From Tubiluchus corallicola (Eukaryota; Animalia; Priapulida), in the NCBI GenBank assembly GCA_030141605.1, contig JAQGDQ010000683.1, forward strand, positions 49,240-113,239: 64,000 bases of DNA. The letters run 5' to 3'. Both the position numbers and the translations under genes were made by a program. The notes beneath the pieces were generated by a model. That model saw only the letters and a program-made list of their open reading frames with translations, was not told where the DNA came from and did no database searches. Below, in pieces: positions 25,901-39,200 of the stretch (the first letter of the stretch is position 1; each line of letters begins with the position of its first letter).

Positions 25901-28299
25901 TAATAAACTTAAATGACAGGGCAGTGACAGCAGCAAGTGGCAGTGGTAATCACAAAACGATGTCAAAAAAATTACAAAATTTTATTATAATTTTATTATT
26001 CATCTGGCATTTGCCGGGCGCTAAAATGGTAGTTATGATAAGCGAAGAGTTCTTGTCTTGCTAATATAAAAAAGAAGGCAAGACGCTTTGCCTTGAATCT
26101 GTATGTTCTTTCTTGTAATAATTATTGTTTCTTGAAATAGGTTTAAGTATACAATGAGAGACAGCATTTTATATATGCCTGTTTAGTGACTTAAGTCTTC
26201 AAGTGATTGTTGACTTGACTTGAGTAACTATCTACCCCAGGATTACGATAATAAACATACGATAATTTACTTGTTATTAGTACGTTCAGTTCACCCCACG
26301 ACTAAAATTTAATGTAAACAACCTGCTGTGCCAGACAATGCGCGACATCAGGAAAACTTCTCTGGGAGCATAACATTGAAAATCAAGTAGTCAGAATATA
26401 AAGATACGTACAAAAATGTTATTAATAATAATGCAGATGATAACGAAAATGACTAATAATCGTTGTTATGCAAAATTACTTCAACAAAAATCAGCATAAA
26501 CACACTTCTCAAAAATATTTTACACTGCTTGTAGCAATTTATTTATTATTCGATCGTATGCATCAAAAATTTGGGTCTAATATTAATTTTTCGTTTTTAT
26601 AAAGACAAATGCTTAACTTATTAGACTTTTATATTCTATTATCTCATCAACTTATTCAACCACTGGTGAAACTCAGGCACTGATCAATCATGGTATCGTA
26701 TATCGCGGTTCATCATAATACGTCATTGAAATATGCAATCGCTCGGCAAAAATCGAGCGGGACCTGGATTCTAATAGAGTGCCCATTGATTAACTCTAAT
26801 GACTTGTGTCCTGTTATCATTTTGCTGGTTGCATTCACTAACTAACTTATCCTGTAGTACTGAGGATCAAATCTACCTGCACGTAAATTGTAAAGAAAGG
26901 AAAAGCGATTACTAAGTCAAGTATCCCGTAAATGCAAGGGTTATATCAAGGCTGTTCAGTGTTGACATACAAAATGTGCATACCTATCTATTTAAGCCAA
27001 CTAAGTCATTTCCTTTAAAACTACTTAAAATTTAGTAGACATAAGTACTACAATTATCAGTGGTTGCAGTTGTATTAGTTTTACCATACGTCTGGCTATC
27101 TTGTTTGAACAAAATTTCTCTTTTATCCCACTGTTTTCCGCCCCTATATTTCAAGTATTGTAAAATATAAAGTCTGATTATCACTTTTTTGTACTGCTAT
27201 TTTTAATATTTAAAAATACAGTCGAGTAAGCATGCAAACTATACACATCAAAATTTTATTTGCAATGCTTGTGAATACTTGCAGCTCTTTTCTCCACTTT
27301 TGTGAAATAAATAGAAAAATTGTGAAAATCAGAAAAGAGAGGTAATGCAGGTGCAAAATCAAAATTGGTGAAAGCAGGAAAAACAGTAAGAGAAGGAGAG
27401 AGAAAGAAAGAAGAAAGAGAGATGGATAGAAAGAGAGAGTAAGAGATACCGAGCGATAAAGAGCTCTTAAGAGTTTTATTGTATGTTAATGCAAGGGTAA
27501 ATTATTTGGAATTCACTCAGTTTGTAAATAAACAGGAATTGCTAAACTATATAAGCTAGACAGTAAAATGTATGGAATTTATGAAGGAGCTGAAAGTGTT
27601 GTCTAAGAATGCCTAATGAATTTACTTTGCTTGTTTCATTCATGGCAGTTATAATTCACAATACATAGTCTTGTAAGTTACCATTAGAAGATTTTGATTT
27701 ATTTTTAATTTTTATGATACTCTAAACCTTTTTTTTGAAACTGTGATTAAAATCCAGGGGCTTTCTAAGAAATTAGCATTTGTGTGTCAAGGTCAAAGAA
27801 AAAACTGTCAATTGAAGTCCACAGTAATATTGAATTGCCTAAAGGAATGTCATGTCACCCCTTTTGATTGCACATCTCTTTTATCCTGCCCCTATTACCT
27901 AACAGCACACCATATATTACAGTTGGACTTTCCAAGTTCTAGTTTTAGCCCAGTTACTTATCATTTGTTCACTATTATTGCTCACTTGATAAGTAATTGT
28001 AGTAGTTTTGTTTTCAGTTTGTGCAGTTGTGTGTAATATATCTGTGTATGTAGTTGTAATGGTGTTTTTGTCTAATAAACAACAACAAACAAATTTACCT
28101 ACATGTGATTGCAAATAGTACAATTAGAAGTTTCATTGCTGTTGGCCATTGAGATATTTCACTTTTTACACCATATTTGTTAATTTTATTACAATGAGTA
28201 TTTAGCAGTTTAAGACAGCCAACAGAACTATTTGTATTGATCACATTTTTATTTCAAAATCATTTGGGTTTGTGCGCTTTGCGGTTTATTAAGTGATTT

Positions 28300-29825
28300 A
28301 CGCTGTTTTGTACAGTTAGTGAGGTATTTTTCATTAGATATTATCTGATTTTTATCAAATAGATAAATTATTTGAACAAATAATGATGAAAAAGCAGAAA
28401 TCATCGTGATTAGTACCACTCAGAAGTTAGAAAAACTTTCTGATGTAAAATAGGGAATTCTAAAAGTACCTACACACAAAGTATGTAATTTAGGGGTTAT
28501 CTTTGATGAGAATAATGTCAATGGGTTTTTACATCAATAATATTTGCAAAAAGGCTTATGCTCAACTAACAAGAATTAGGTAGACTCGGAAGTACCTAGA
28601 CACGAATTCTACCGAGTCTCTCATTCATTCATTTATAAGTTCGATTCTGGACTGCTGCAATGCATTGCTGTTCAATTTTTCAAAAAACTCTATGAACAAA
28701 TTACCAAAAATTGTGCAGCTAGAGTGATCGTGTATTTGCGCAAGTATGATCACATAACTCCAACATTGCGGGCTCTACACCGGCTTCTGGTGCAATCTGG
28801 AATCAAATTCATAATTGTGCAGCTAGAGTGATCGTGTATTTGCGCAAGTATGATCACATAACTCCCACATTACGGGCGCTACACCGGCTTCCGGTGCAAT
28901 CTGGAATCAAATTCATAACTGTGCAGCTAGAGTGATCGTGTATTTGCGCAAGTATGATCACATGACTCCAACATTGCGGGCGCTACACCGGCTTCCGGTG
29001 CGATCTGGAATCAAATTCATAACTGTGCAGCTAGAGTGATCGTGTATTTGCGCAAGTATGATCACATAACTCCAACATTGCGGGCTCTACACCGGCTTCT
29101 GGTGCAATCTGGAATCAAATTCATAATTGTGCAGCTAGAGTGATCGTGTATTTGCGTAAGTATGATCACATAACTCCCACATTACGGGCGCTACACCGGC
29201 TTCCGGTGCAATCTGGAATCAAATTCATAACTGTGCAGCTAGAGTGATCGTGTATTTGCGCAAGTATGATCACATAACTCCCACATTACGGGCGCTACAC
29301 CGGCTTCCGGTGCAATCTGGAATCAAATTCAAAATTGCTGTGATGGCATTCAAATGTTTACATGGTCAAGCCCAGTTCAATCTTGCAGAATTGATTAGCA
29401 TTTACACGCCATCCAGAAACTTAAGATTTGGTAAGAAAAATCTTCTTGTGCCTAGGACATAAACAAAAAGTTTAGATATGCGTGCTTTTTCCCATGCCAC
29501 TCCATCTGTTTGTAGCAGCCTCCCTTGCACATTAGAAGCTACGATAACATAACTGCATTTAAACAATTACTTAAGAAACATTTTTTTTAAATTAGAATAT
29601 GGGCATTGAAATGGATTTTAATTTTGCCTTAGTTTTACTTTGATATTGTATATTGATTTTATATTGATTTTTTAACTTAAATTTTTAAGGCTATTTCTTA
29701 TTAGATGTATAGTTTTATGATTTATTTTACACTTTGTATTAACTTTGGTTGTAAAGTGCAACTGAGTATTTTTATATATTTTGGGTGCTATATAAATTTT
29801 ATGTAATAATAATAATAATAATAAT
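28300..29825 (+). mobile_element. Decayed L2/Crack-like LINE 3' portion with an internal 104-bp x6 tandem duplication
   Basis: Broken motifs NLGVIFD, LIHSFISSILDCCNALL, AARVI..RKYDHITPTLRALHRLPV..IKFK, RAFSHA; (AAT)n tail at 29805-29825; 104-bp units at 28711-29330. Confidence 0.8.
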
Positions 29826-30200
29826 TTAACAAATGGCATACAGTTGAGAGAAATAGCTAAAGTCACTTGGAACCAGTTTGCCTGTATATCACCCATTTGT
29901 TTAATAATGAGGGCCAGCACTGCTTAACTTAGTATCCAGGCACATCAATCAGTTATTTCTCTTGCTCTTCAGACTGTGTTTGAAGTTGAAAACTTTTTTG
30001 AATGTGTTTTTGAAGATATGAGAAAGCTGTTTTGCTTTGCAGTCTTAAATGACTTCTGTCGCTCGTCTAACGAATAGAATTAGATGATAACTTTTTGAGA
30101 GATGCAGATCTGTGTGTGAACAGATGTTACTTTCTGCTTTTGTAGCTGATGAATTCCGTCCAAGCTGGCACTGCATACATCATTAGCTGACCTATACAAG

Positions 30201-33200
30201 ATGAATCTACAGTATTTAAGATTACTAGTGTTGCTGTGCTACTGTACCACCATTTTGACAGAAACTGCAAAAAAAGATTACTATCAACTGCTGGGTATTG
30301 AGAAAGATGCAAATACAAGAGAAATACGTCAAGCTTTCAAGAAATTAGCTTTAAAAATGCATCCTGATAAAAATACGGTGGGCAGCTATTTTTTCTCTCT
30401 GCAAAGTACCATATTTATAGCCGTTTTAATTTTGATATTAATTTTGTGTCGTAAAATGCAGAATGTCGTATTTGTTTGTTTATGCATGCAGACATTTTTC
30501 TTGCGTTATTCCATTTATACTCCATAAACTGTTTTAGAAAGTTTACGTTAAACAACAGCCTAAACTGAGTAGTTTTTGTTTGGTGGTAACTTGGCAACTT
30601 TTATTAATTAATCTGTTCAATCTTATTATTGATCTGAATGATTTAATGGTAAAACTAACCAATACCAGCGAATTTTCCAACACAGCTCAAAGGTTAGATG
30701 TTGAATTTTTTATTGTGCATGTCACTGTATGCGTACTTCAGGGGTGTGCAAATTGCGGCCCGTGGGCCACTTGCGGCACGCCGAGAGAGTTTGTGCGGCC
30801 CGCGAAGAGATTTGTCAACATAATGAAAGTGCGGCCCGGGCGATTAATTGAGTGTATCCAGCTGAAGTCTGTGCCACGATCCCATAGATAGTGCGGGTAG
30901 TTTTTTCTACTAGATCGGATGGCATTAACCCTTACAAGACGGTTGTAGCTTAATGTCACTGTACTACATGGACTGTGTGATACACATTACTAATATGCAT
31001 TGTAATGAAATTACCACTATCTGTCCTGAAAGTAGAAATATATGGTTTGTAATATAAATTTTAATAACTTCTAAAATAGTTTCTTGAGTGTAGTAGTAAT
31101 GATGTATGCAGGTCGGATGCAAAAAAATCATTAGCCTTTCTGTACTTGGCTCCTTGACCAAACTGCCTGTGGCCCACAGGAATTGCGAAAAAGTTTAATG
31201 TGGCCCGGCTAGTCAGATAATTTGCACACCCCTGGTGTAGTTCACTTCACATTTCAAGTAGCAGTTGCTGACCACGAAATCATTCATCTATCTGAGAACT
31301 AAAGTTAGTCCTGATGAAATGTTTGTATTTTCTAATAAAAAGGACAGAAAACAGTAACAGTAAATAAATTTATTTAGTGAAACAGTATGGATTTTGCTGT
31401 TGACTCTTAAGAAATTACTGAACTCCTGAATATAGGATTAGCCCTGGATAATCTTCGATAACATTGAAACTGTGTACTTTCTGCTGAAATGATTTTTTGA
31501 ACCAAAATCCTGGTTTTTTGTGTTGAAACTGAACATGTAAAATTTCTCCTGAATGTAACACGTTCCCGTACGTACGATGCTTCCCGCAAATTTCAAGTAT
31601 TTTATCTATACTGTTTTTTCAATGTTGTATAATCATACTAATTACTTAGTGTGGATAGGCAGTCAAAGTACAGCGTACTCCGGTTACCTGTGCTAACTTA
31701 ACTTAAGCGTATAAGCGAGATTCCACGGATAATTGAAAATCACGGTTAATCAAAATGAGTATGTTAAATATCTGTTCCCCTTTTCCATCCGTAGAACAGC
31801 TGTGAAGCTTGTACTATAAGAAATTCTTTTACATTTACTGGCATTTCTTGGTACTAGGATGATCCTGATGCACACAGTAAGTTTGTTGAGATCAACACAG
31901 CATACGAAGTACTAAAAGATGAGGACACGAGAAAAAAATACGACCTTTACGGCGAAAGCCTCGGAGAGGATAAACAGAGGCATTATAAATACGAAAGTTG
32001 GACCTTTTATAAAGATGATTTTGGTATGATGATTGTAGTTTTTTATATTCGGCTTGTAGTAATTAACTAGCGCTGTATGTTTTTTGTAAGTTATTGTTGT
32101 ATTTAAGCGCTCAGCAATTGATAGCAATAATAAGTCAATGGATCAACTGTGTTTAGCGACGTTTCATTTTAACGATGCTGAACGTTTGACACCTTTTAAG
32201 CAAGCAGAAAGAAATCAATTAGTAGAAGCCATAAAGAAACTATTAAAATGTTTTTTTTAATTTATATGATTTAAGCAGCATTGATTTTTGCCTCTGGAAT
32301 CTCAATTTTTTACATTGCTTTCTGTGGAAGTCTGTTTCACTTAACGTCGTGTTGTGCTGGAACGCGTTAGCGTCGTTAAGTGAGGACTTACAGCGCGTGA
32401 TACATCTGAGGACATTTATTAATTTATTAGCTGCAGTCACAGCTTGGGTTGATAATGAAAGCTTCCGTCAATAATCAACACTGATTTACGTGGTTACAGC
32501 TAGATCCATAGCAAGTTTGCAAGCATTATTAATCAGTGAGAGTTAAGTCATAAGTCATTTATTTCACATTACACATTTACAATAGTTTCATGTACAATAT
32601 CTAGTGAAAGGGCCTACAATGGATATAATACAAATAAGAAATACTGCACAGGAAAAGCCTCAAACATTGTTCACCTATATACAAATGTAAATGTGTTGCG
32701 GGCAATCAAAAAGCAGGGCTTGTTAGATTGTCCCACACAGTGATAGAAAAAAAGTAATGGAGATAATCTGAAATTTTAAAGTGAATCGTGATAAAAAAAC
32801 ATTAGTGCTTAGAATGGAATGATGTAATGAATGAAGCTCATATATTGGATGATATAAAAGATAGAAAGACTATTGTTTGTTAATAGTATGTGAAATTAAA
32901 ATAACTTGATTAAGCTAACACCACTGTTTTGCAACTACTGTGAGGATGGATATTGATAGATATTGGTTAAAAACTGTAAGGTTTTTATTTTTCAGAAATT
33001 TCCATTTTTTCTGTTTTTGTTAGGATTAGTCAAAAGTGAAATGAGTTTTTAAGTTAATTTTTTTTGTTTCAGGTATATATGATGATGATCCTGAAATTAT
33101 TACTTTAAGTGCCACTGATTTTGGTATGTATATTATAGCTACATTAACATTAGTGTAGAATTTACTTATTTTTCTCCACTGACTGGTCCACTTTTCGTTT

Positions 33201-36200
33201 TATTAACCTTCATATTTTCATGCATATTATTAGTGCCATTTTAGTGAAATGATTTGCTTGCACAGCAGAAATGTCTGGAAGTCGGCATGTGAGCTTTTTA
33301 GTTATTCACATATCCAGAATCTCCATTTCATGAGGATCATTTTGATACCAAGTTCATCACTCTATGTTATTTCTAAGTTGAGATAATCCATGTTGAAGTT
33401 GAGGTGCAGACTGCACACTGAAAAACATAAGTTGTTAAAGTTTGCTAATAATAATAATAATAATAATAATAACAACAACAACAACAATAATAATAATAAT
33501 CTTTATTTAAAGTTGGCTTTTGGTTCAACAATTAACATTAGCTCAAAGAGCTATTATCGCCTACTGTAAATAACAACCTACAACTACATAATAGAGACTA
33601 TTATTACCCCACTTTTACCCTAAATACCATGCGTCAGGCCGGGCAAAGCAGGTACCATTTTTAAAGTCTTTGGTATGACCCGGCCGCTGGTTCGAACTCA
33701 CGACCTCCCAGACGGAAAGCAGATGCATTAGCACTAGACTAAACCGTCTGGTCAAAATTGCTATTGTTTTTGTCACGCTTCTACAAAAACAGTTAGCAGC
33801 CGTACGAACTGGTGGTTGCTATGGACTTTGCAAGAAGTTTTGTTTAAAAGTTAAGTGTAGATGGCACTTCCAAACAAAGATCTGGGCTTGGAAACAGAAA
33901 AAAACTGCAAGCAGAATGACTGTTGGAGTTTGAAAATACTGAGTTTTTGACAAATGCTTTACCAGTTTTTGAGCAAAGAAGTTGGTAATGAGTTATAAAA
34001 TTAAATTTTTAGATTTCTTAAACAATTTCTCGAGGTTTTGATGCAAGAACATAAATATCCTAAATATTCCATAAAAGTCCTAAATATTTAGGGCTTTGTT
34101 TTTGCATAAAGCAAAAAGTTGACATTTAATCCAATTTTTTGTGCATTTCACTTTGAAGCATCATAATGTAGTTTTAACTCTGCTGACTTATGGATGGTTT
34201 TGGTTTGCAAGCATCCACATCACGATCTCTCTTTTTTCTCTTACGTTGATCTCTTTTTGGTTTTGCTTTCTTTTCCTCCCTTCCGTCTTTTTACTGGTTT
34301 CCTCTCCACCATTTTTTTTTGCCTCGAACCATTTCCATCTTCCTGCTTTTTCTCATTATTTTCCTCTCGGGTTCTTGGGGGCATTCCTGTTTCTCTTTTT
34401 TTAACAATTTTTAGCTAGCTTTGGAACTTTAAGCCTACATTTGAAATAGATTATGCAAGTATTCCACAATACAGATTCTTTTTGCAATTATTAATTAGTT
34501 GTGGGATGTTTGAATTAACTATATTGTTCTTCCTGTTAAAATTTGTGTAATTTAGTTAAAGTGAGTGTTCCGTAATTCGTCTCAAAAATACTTTTCATTT
34601 CGGATAATTCTGTAAAACCCATGTGTGTTAACATTTTAGTACTAACAAAATCAAAAGCTTGGAAAAATATACGTTAGACATTTTTGAAATGTTAAGAGCA
34701 AAACTAACAGTTGCTCTGCTTACAGTGAGATGAAAGAATAATAAATAATTAATGCGTTGTCAGGTGTGGGGTACAAAACGGCATTGCAAAGCTTAATTGC
34801 TGTAGTATGCGTAAGTGTGATAACACACCAGCCGTCAGCTGAGTGTAGAATGAAGTCAAAGCAGTAGACTTGTAAATTGTGATTAGAAAGCAAGTCTAGC
34901 ATAGAGGCAGTTTAATACATCTGGTCAATAGATGATTTTAAAGTCAAATAGATTTATATGTGAACAATCTCTTGTTTTTTAAGATATTAGTGCATGTAGG
35001 TGAGTTACAGATTGTATACTTTCAGTTTCATAGTATCAAGGAAATGACAATTTTTCACAATTCTTTTATTTTTGAAATTGAAAATACATACGAACATACA
35101 ATTGTAGTGAAAAACAGGCCAAACACAGTGCAAATAGCTAGGCTAAAGCTGTCTTGTTCAATGACAACTTACAACAAGTACATTTTATCTACAAATATGG
35201 CATTCTGTGCACAATTAATGCTAGAAAAATGTCAAGAAATGTGCTTAATTTTTACAAAAATGTCTTTCTGAAAAATGGTGATTTCTATGAATTTTCTACT
35301 TGAACATCATATTTGCATCATTAGAATATTGACTAAAGGAAAGCTCAATATTTGAGAAAATTTAAAACTACGGAAATTGGTAAAACTGAAGTAATAGTTG
35401 TAAATATTTTTGAAATGGAAATATGCTATTGTTATGTAGCTAAGTACACAATAAACACAATACAGGAATTGATATTACAAAAGTCATGCTTATAAACAAT
35501 ATTGTAAATAAACTAAAATGACACGAGTAATATGTAAAAATTTGTTATAAAAGTCGTCCGCGACAGTCATCAGATCCACAATAACAATATAAAACTTTGC
35601 CTGGTACACTACCAATTTCATAATTGTAGTCCCATGTTAATTCACTCCCAGCTCTGATTAATCTGTCAGCAAAGAATGCCACCCACGGAAATCTTAGATC
35701 TTGTGAATCAACAAATACATTCTGCACAAACACATTTGGCTCGCAGGAATGATTCAAATATCGTCCCAAATTACCAGATGACTTTGCATCCATAACGAAG
35801 CAGTATTCTTCGTTGTAATAGGATCTCAGTGGTTTGTATTTAACCCTTTCTTTTGTTGATCTTCCCAGCTCTTTTGATGATTCCATGGCAGACAAATTGC
35901 TTTTCAGTGGACTGCCGGAGAGAGCTTCTTTACTTTTTGGATCTGGAAGCTTGCTCAGTCTCGATGACCGTCTAAGGGCTGCAGATTGTTGTTTATCTGA
36001 ACTGACTCTACTGTCGCTGTCGTCATCATGTGGAACAGATGAATTACTGTCTTCTGCTTTATTTGGCTCTGAAATCAACTCAGACAGATCTGTGTTTGAT
36101 GCGCTGTGCTGACTAGATGGCAAATTTGTTATCCATTCCGCTGTGCTTTTTTGTTTCGACCCTTCCAATGATTTCTCTGATCGAGACAGTTCGTTTTCCG

Positions 36201-39200
36201 GCACATTATTCTTTCCTGTTCCCGAATATGATGAGTCAGTTCCCTCAGCACAAGCACTTTCATCAGAACTTTCTTCCTTTTGATCATCATCTTCTGGATC
36301 CACTACGTCACTTTCATAACCTTCTTTCATTTGTTCAACTACTTCTATATGATCTAGCTCTGCCATGTACTCATCTCCAAACCTGTTACCATCCTCATTG
36401 GCCGATTGCTCTGTTAGAAGTTGTCCAGCATAAATGCAAATAAATGAACCAGCTGGGATGTCGTTCAAGCTTCTCAGCCCCCAGCCCTTTCTGTCTGTCT
36501 TGAATACTTGTAATCTGTGTTGCAGACCATTTTGTGCTACTCGATTGTAACATTTATAGCTACATTTGCACCGCGCATTGCATTCATACACCCCTGTAAT
36601 TACAGGTTCTCTCAATCTGCGGAAGACGTATCCTGCATCATAGTTAGCCTGACCCGATGAATTAGCTTTGGATGCTGTAATAGTAAGCTGGTGGCATGCA
36701 CATGTATTTCTATTCTGACACTCGTCCTTGCAATCACAGCCGGCCAGAAAATCAGGACTTAAGATAAGATCAACTCCTTTTGTTGGAATGCGGTCTTTGC
36801 TATACTCAATATAGTCGGGGTATTCACGATCTACACCATTCACACATGGCACAGGAATGCTTTCTTTTCCATAAGACAAATCCTTGATTTCACAAAATGA
36901 TTTCTGGGGCATAAAGTATCCAAAAGGATCCAGTCCGGGGTCTAAAGAAAAGCAGTCGATTGTGAGATTTGAGCTGGTTATGTTCAAGTAATGCATGACT
37001 TCAATCATGCTACGTAAACGTCTGCCACATGGACCTTTATAAAACACAAATTGCTTAGGTCCAGGTTGTTTCTTTGCTATTTGTCTTTCCCATCCACAGA
37101 GTATAGGATATAAGAAAGGACATTTTCCACGTAGATTCGCAATGTCTTCATTCACTCCTTCAATACAATTAGTGCTACACTGATGCCGAACATATTGTAC
37201 ACTATTTATAGAAGAAAACGTTCGCTTCTCCGTGAAACGTTGTCCTTCTGATCCATCGTAATGTTGATCACCATATGCAGGTCTGGGAAATTCTGGTTCA
37301 TAATTTAAAGACTTTGGCTTTGGTCCACCACCAGTACTTTTTCTTGCCAACATTTTCTTCTTTGGTTCCACACCACGAGTATATTCAACAAACGGAGTAT
37401 GTTTATGTTTTGGCATGGTAATATGACGCCGTGCAGTTTTCATACCGGCTTGTTGTTTCTTAACTTCTGCATTCATCAGCTCTCGATACAAAGGCTCTAA
37501 ACGAGTCGAACCTCGATAAATCCACTCTGTTCTTTTATCCGCTTCAAAAAACATGTTCACTAAACTCGCATTGACTTCCAGCACCTTTGCTGTCCACCAC
37601 TGTGCATTCCATTCTACCTTAATGCTCTGGCCTTGTTGCAAGCGTACCATTGGTCTCTCGGGGTACTGTTGGAGATATTCTTTTATGAAGTCTCTGGAGT
37701 CGGCGTACATATCCTCCCATACATTTGTGCTGGTTAGGTAAACCATGTGAATCTCATTCAGATTACTGTATTGTGCGTATCCATCGTCGAAAAAGACCAG
37801 GTACATGTAATTATTTCTTGGGTTAGGTGGTTCAGCTATAATGCCCGCATACATCTGATACTGTGAAGGATTCTTTTTTTCTCCATTTTTTGCTGTAGGC
37901 TGATTATCATCCTCTTTGTATGCAGCTATAATTCGTGTTCCGACCGGAAGAACACACTCGGGATTTTCAAAATAGGCAATATGTTTACCATCTAACCATT
38001 TCACACCTTTTCCATCAAATTTTACTTTGTACAGTTTTGGATTGTCTCTAATTTCAGAGACAGTAGCAATATACCACACATCGTTCACCTTCTTTGCAAA
38101 TATTTTTGCGGAGATTTCAATGGCCTTTTTCTTGACAGGACCACGTTGTAGGTTAAACTTAGGTGGGGGTTGAGCCCGCATTGTTCCAATGGGAATGACA
38201 TCATTTTGTGGTGATGTCAAATCTCTTTCGTGTTGCTGTTTGTTTGTCAATGAAGGGCTTGAAACTGGTGCAAGTACTTTAGGGAATGCTGATGCAGATA
38301 AAACTTGTATTTCTTTGTCGTCATCAGGAATATGCTTAACTTCACTTATATCATTTTGCTTTTGCTCCTTAATAAGTCGGTCTTGTTCATGTTTCAGCTC
38401 TTCCAGGCTATTGCTCACGGTTTCTAGTTTTTGCGTTATTGCACCTGACTGAGATTCTAAAGAAGCTGCTTTTGACGAAAGGACTGCTAATTCTTGCGCA
38501 CAGTGGTACCCAAAATTCAGTTCTTGCAGAAGTTCATCTACTGCATCTTTTAGATTGTCTACGTCTAACATAAATTCCAACTCATCATCATCGTCACTGA
38601 GTTCACCATTCACTGACATTGTATAAGTATGCTAGATCCTACAAACGAAAAAGAGTACTCATTAGTTAATAAAGAAGTTCCTCACTAGCAGAAAGTAATT
38701 TATGTTCAGTACCCTATCTTTCAAATAATGAATTACTGCTTCTCTAAGTATGACAGGTCCAAGTCTCGTGTACTTGGCCCAGGTCAGGCAAATCAGTGTA
38801 GTTGCTGGGTCATGAACTCATTGTCAATGGTATTGCGAGTTGGAGATTCAAACTGATTGTTCTGGTTTGGCAACTTCTGAACATGCTGTCTTAATAACTG
38901 GCACTGCTTCTGCAATATCCTTGTGTGTTCTATCAACAACAGTTGACTTATGATGGGCAGTGAATGATATTTATGCTTGTAACTACAGTCAAACTTTTTA
39001 TACCGCCCACTTTTGGACTGGAAAAAAATTGGTGTTATAACAAGGTGTGTTAAATTTTGCTATAGAAGAGTCAGAAAACAGTCAGACGAGTATAGTTTAC
39101 ACAGATTAGAAGTCTCAATTTTGCTCTAAATGTTAATGGGTTAAAAGAAAATTATTAAATTAATAATATGTGAATTAATGACTCACTAAAAGTCAGTCAC

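Noticed and set aside
38620-38640. In-frame fusion of upstream minus-strand exons to SETDB1
   Set aside because: The best acceptor (38639) is followed by an in-frame TAG before the ATG; only a weaker second AG (38632) would allow fusion.
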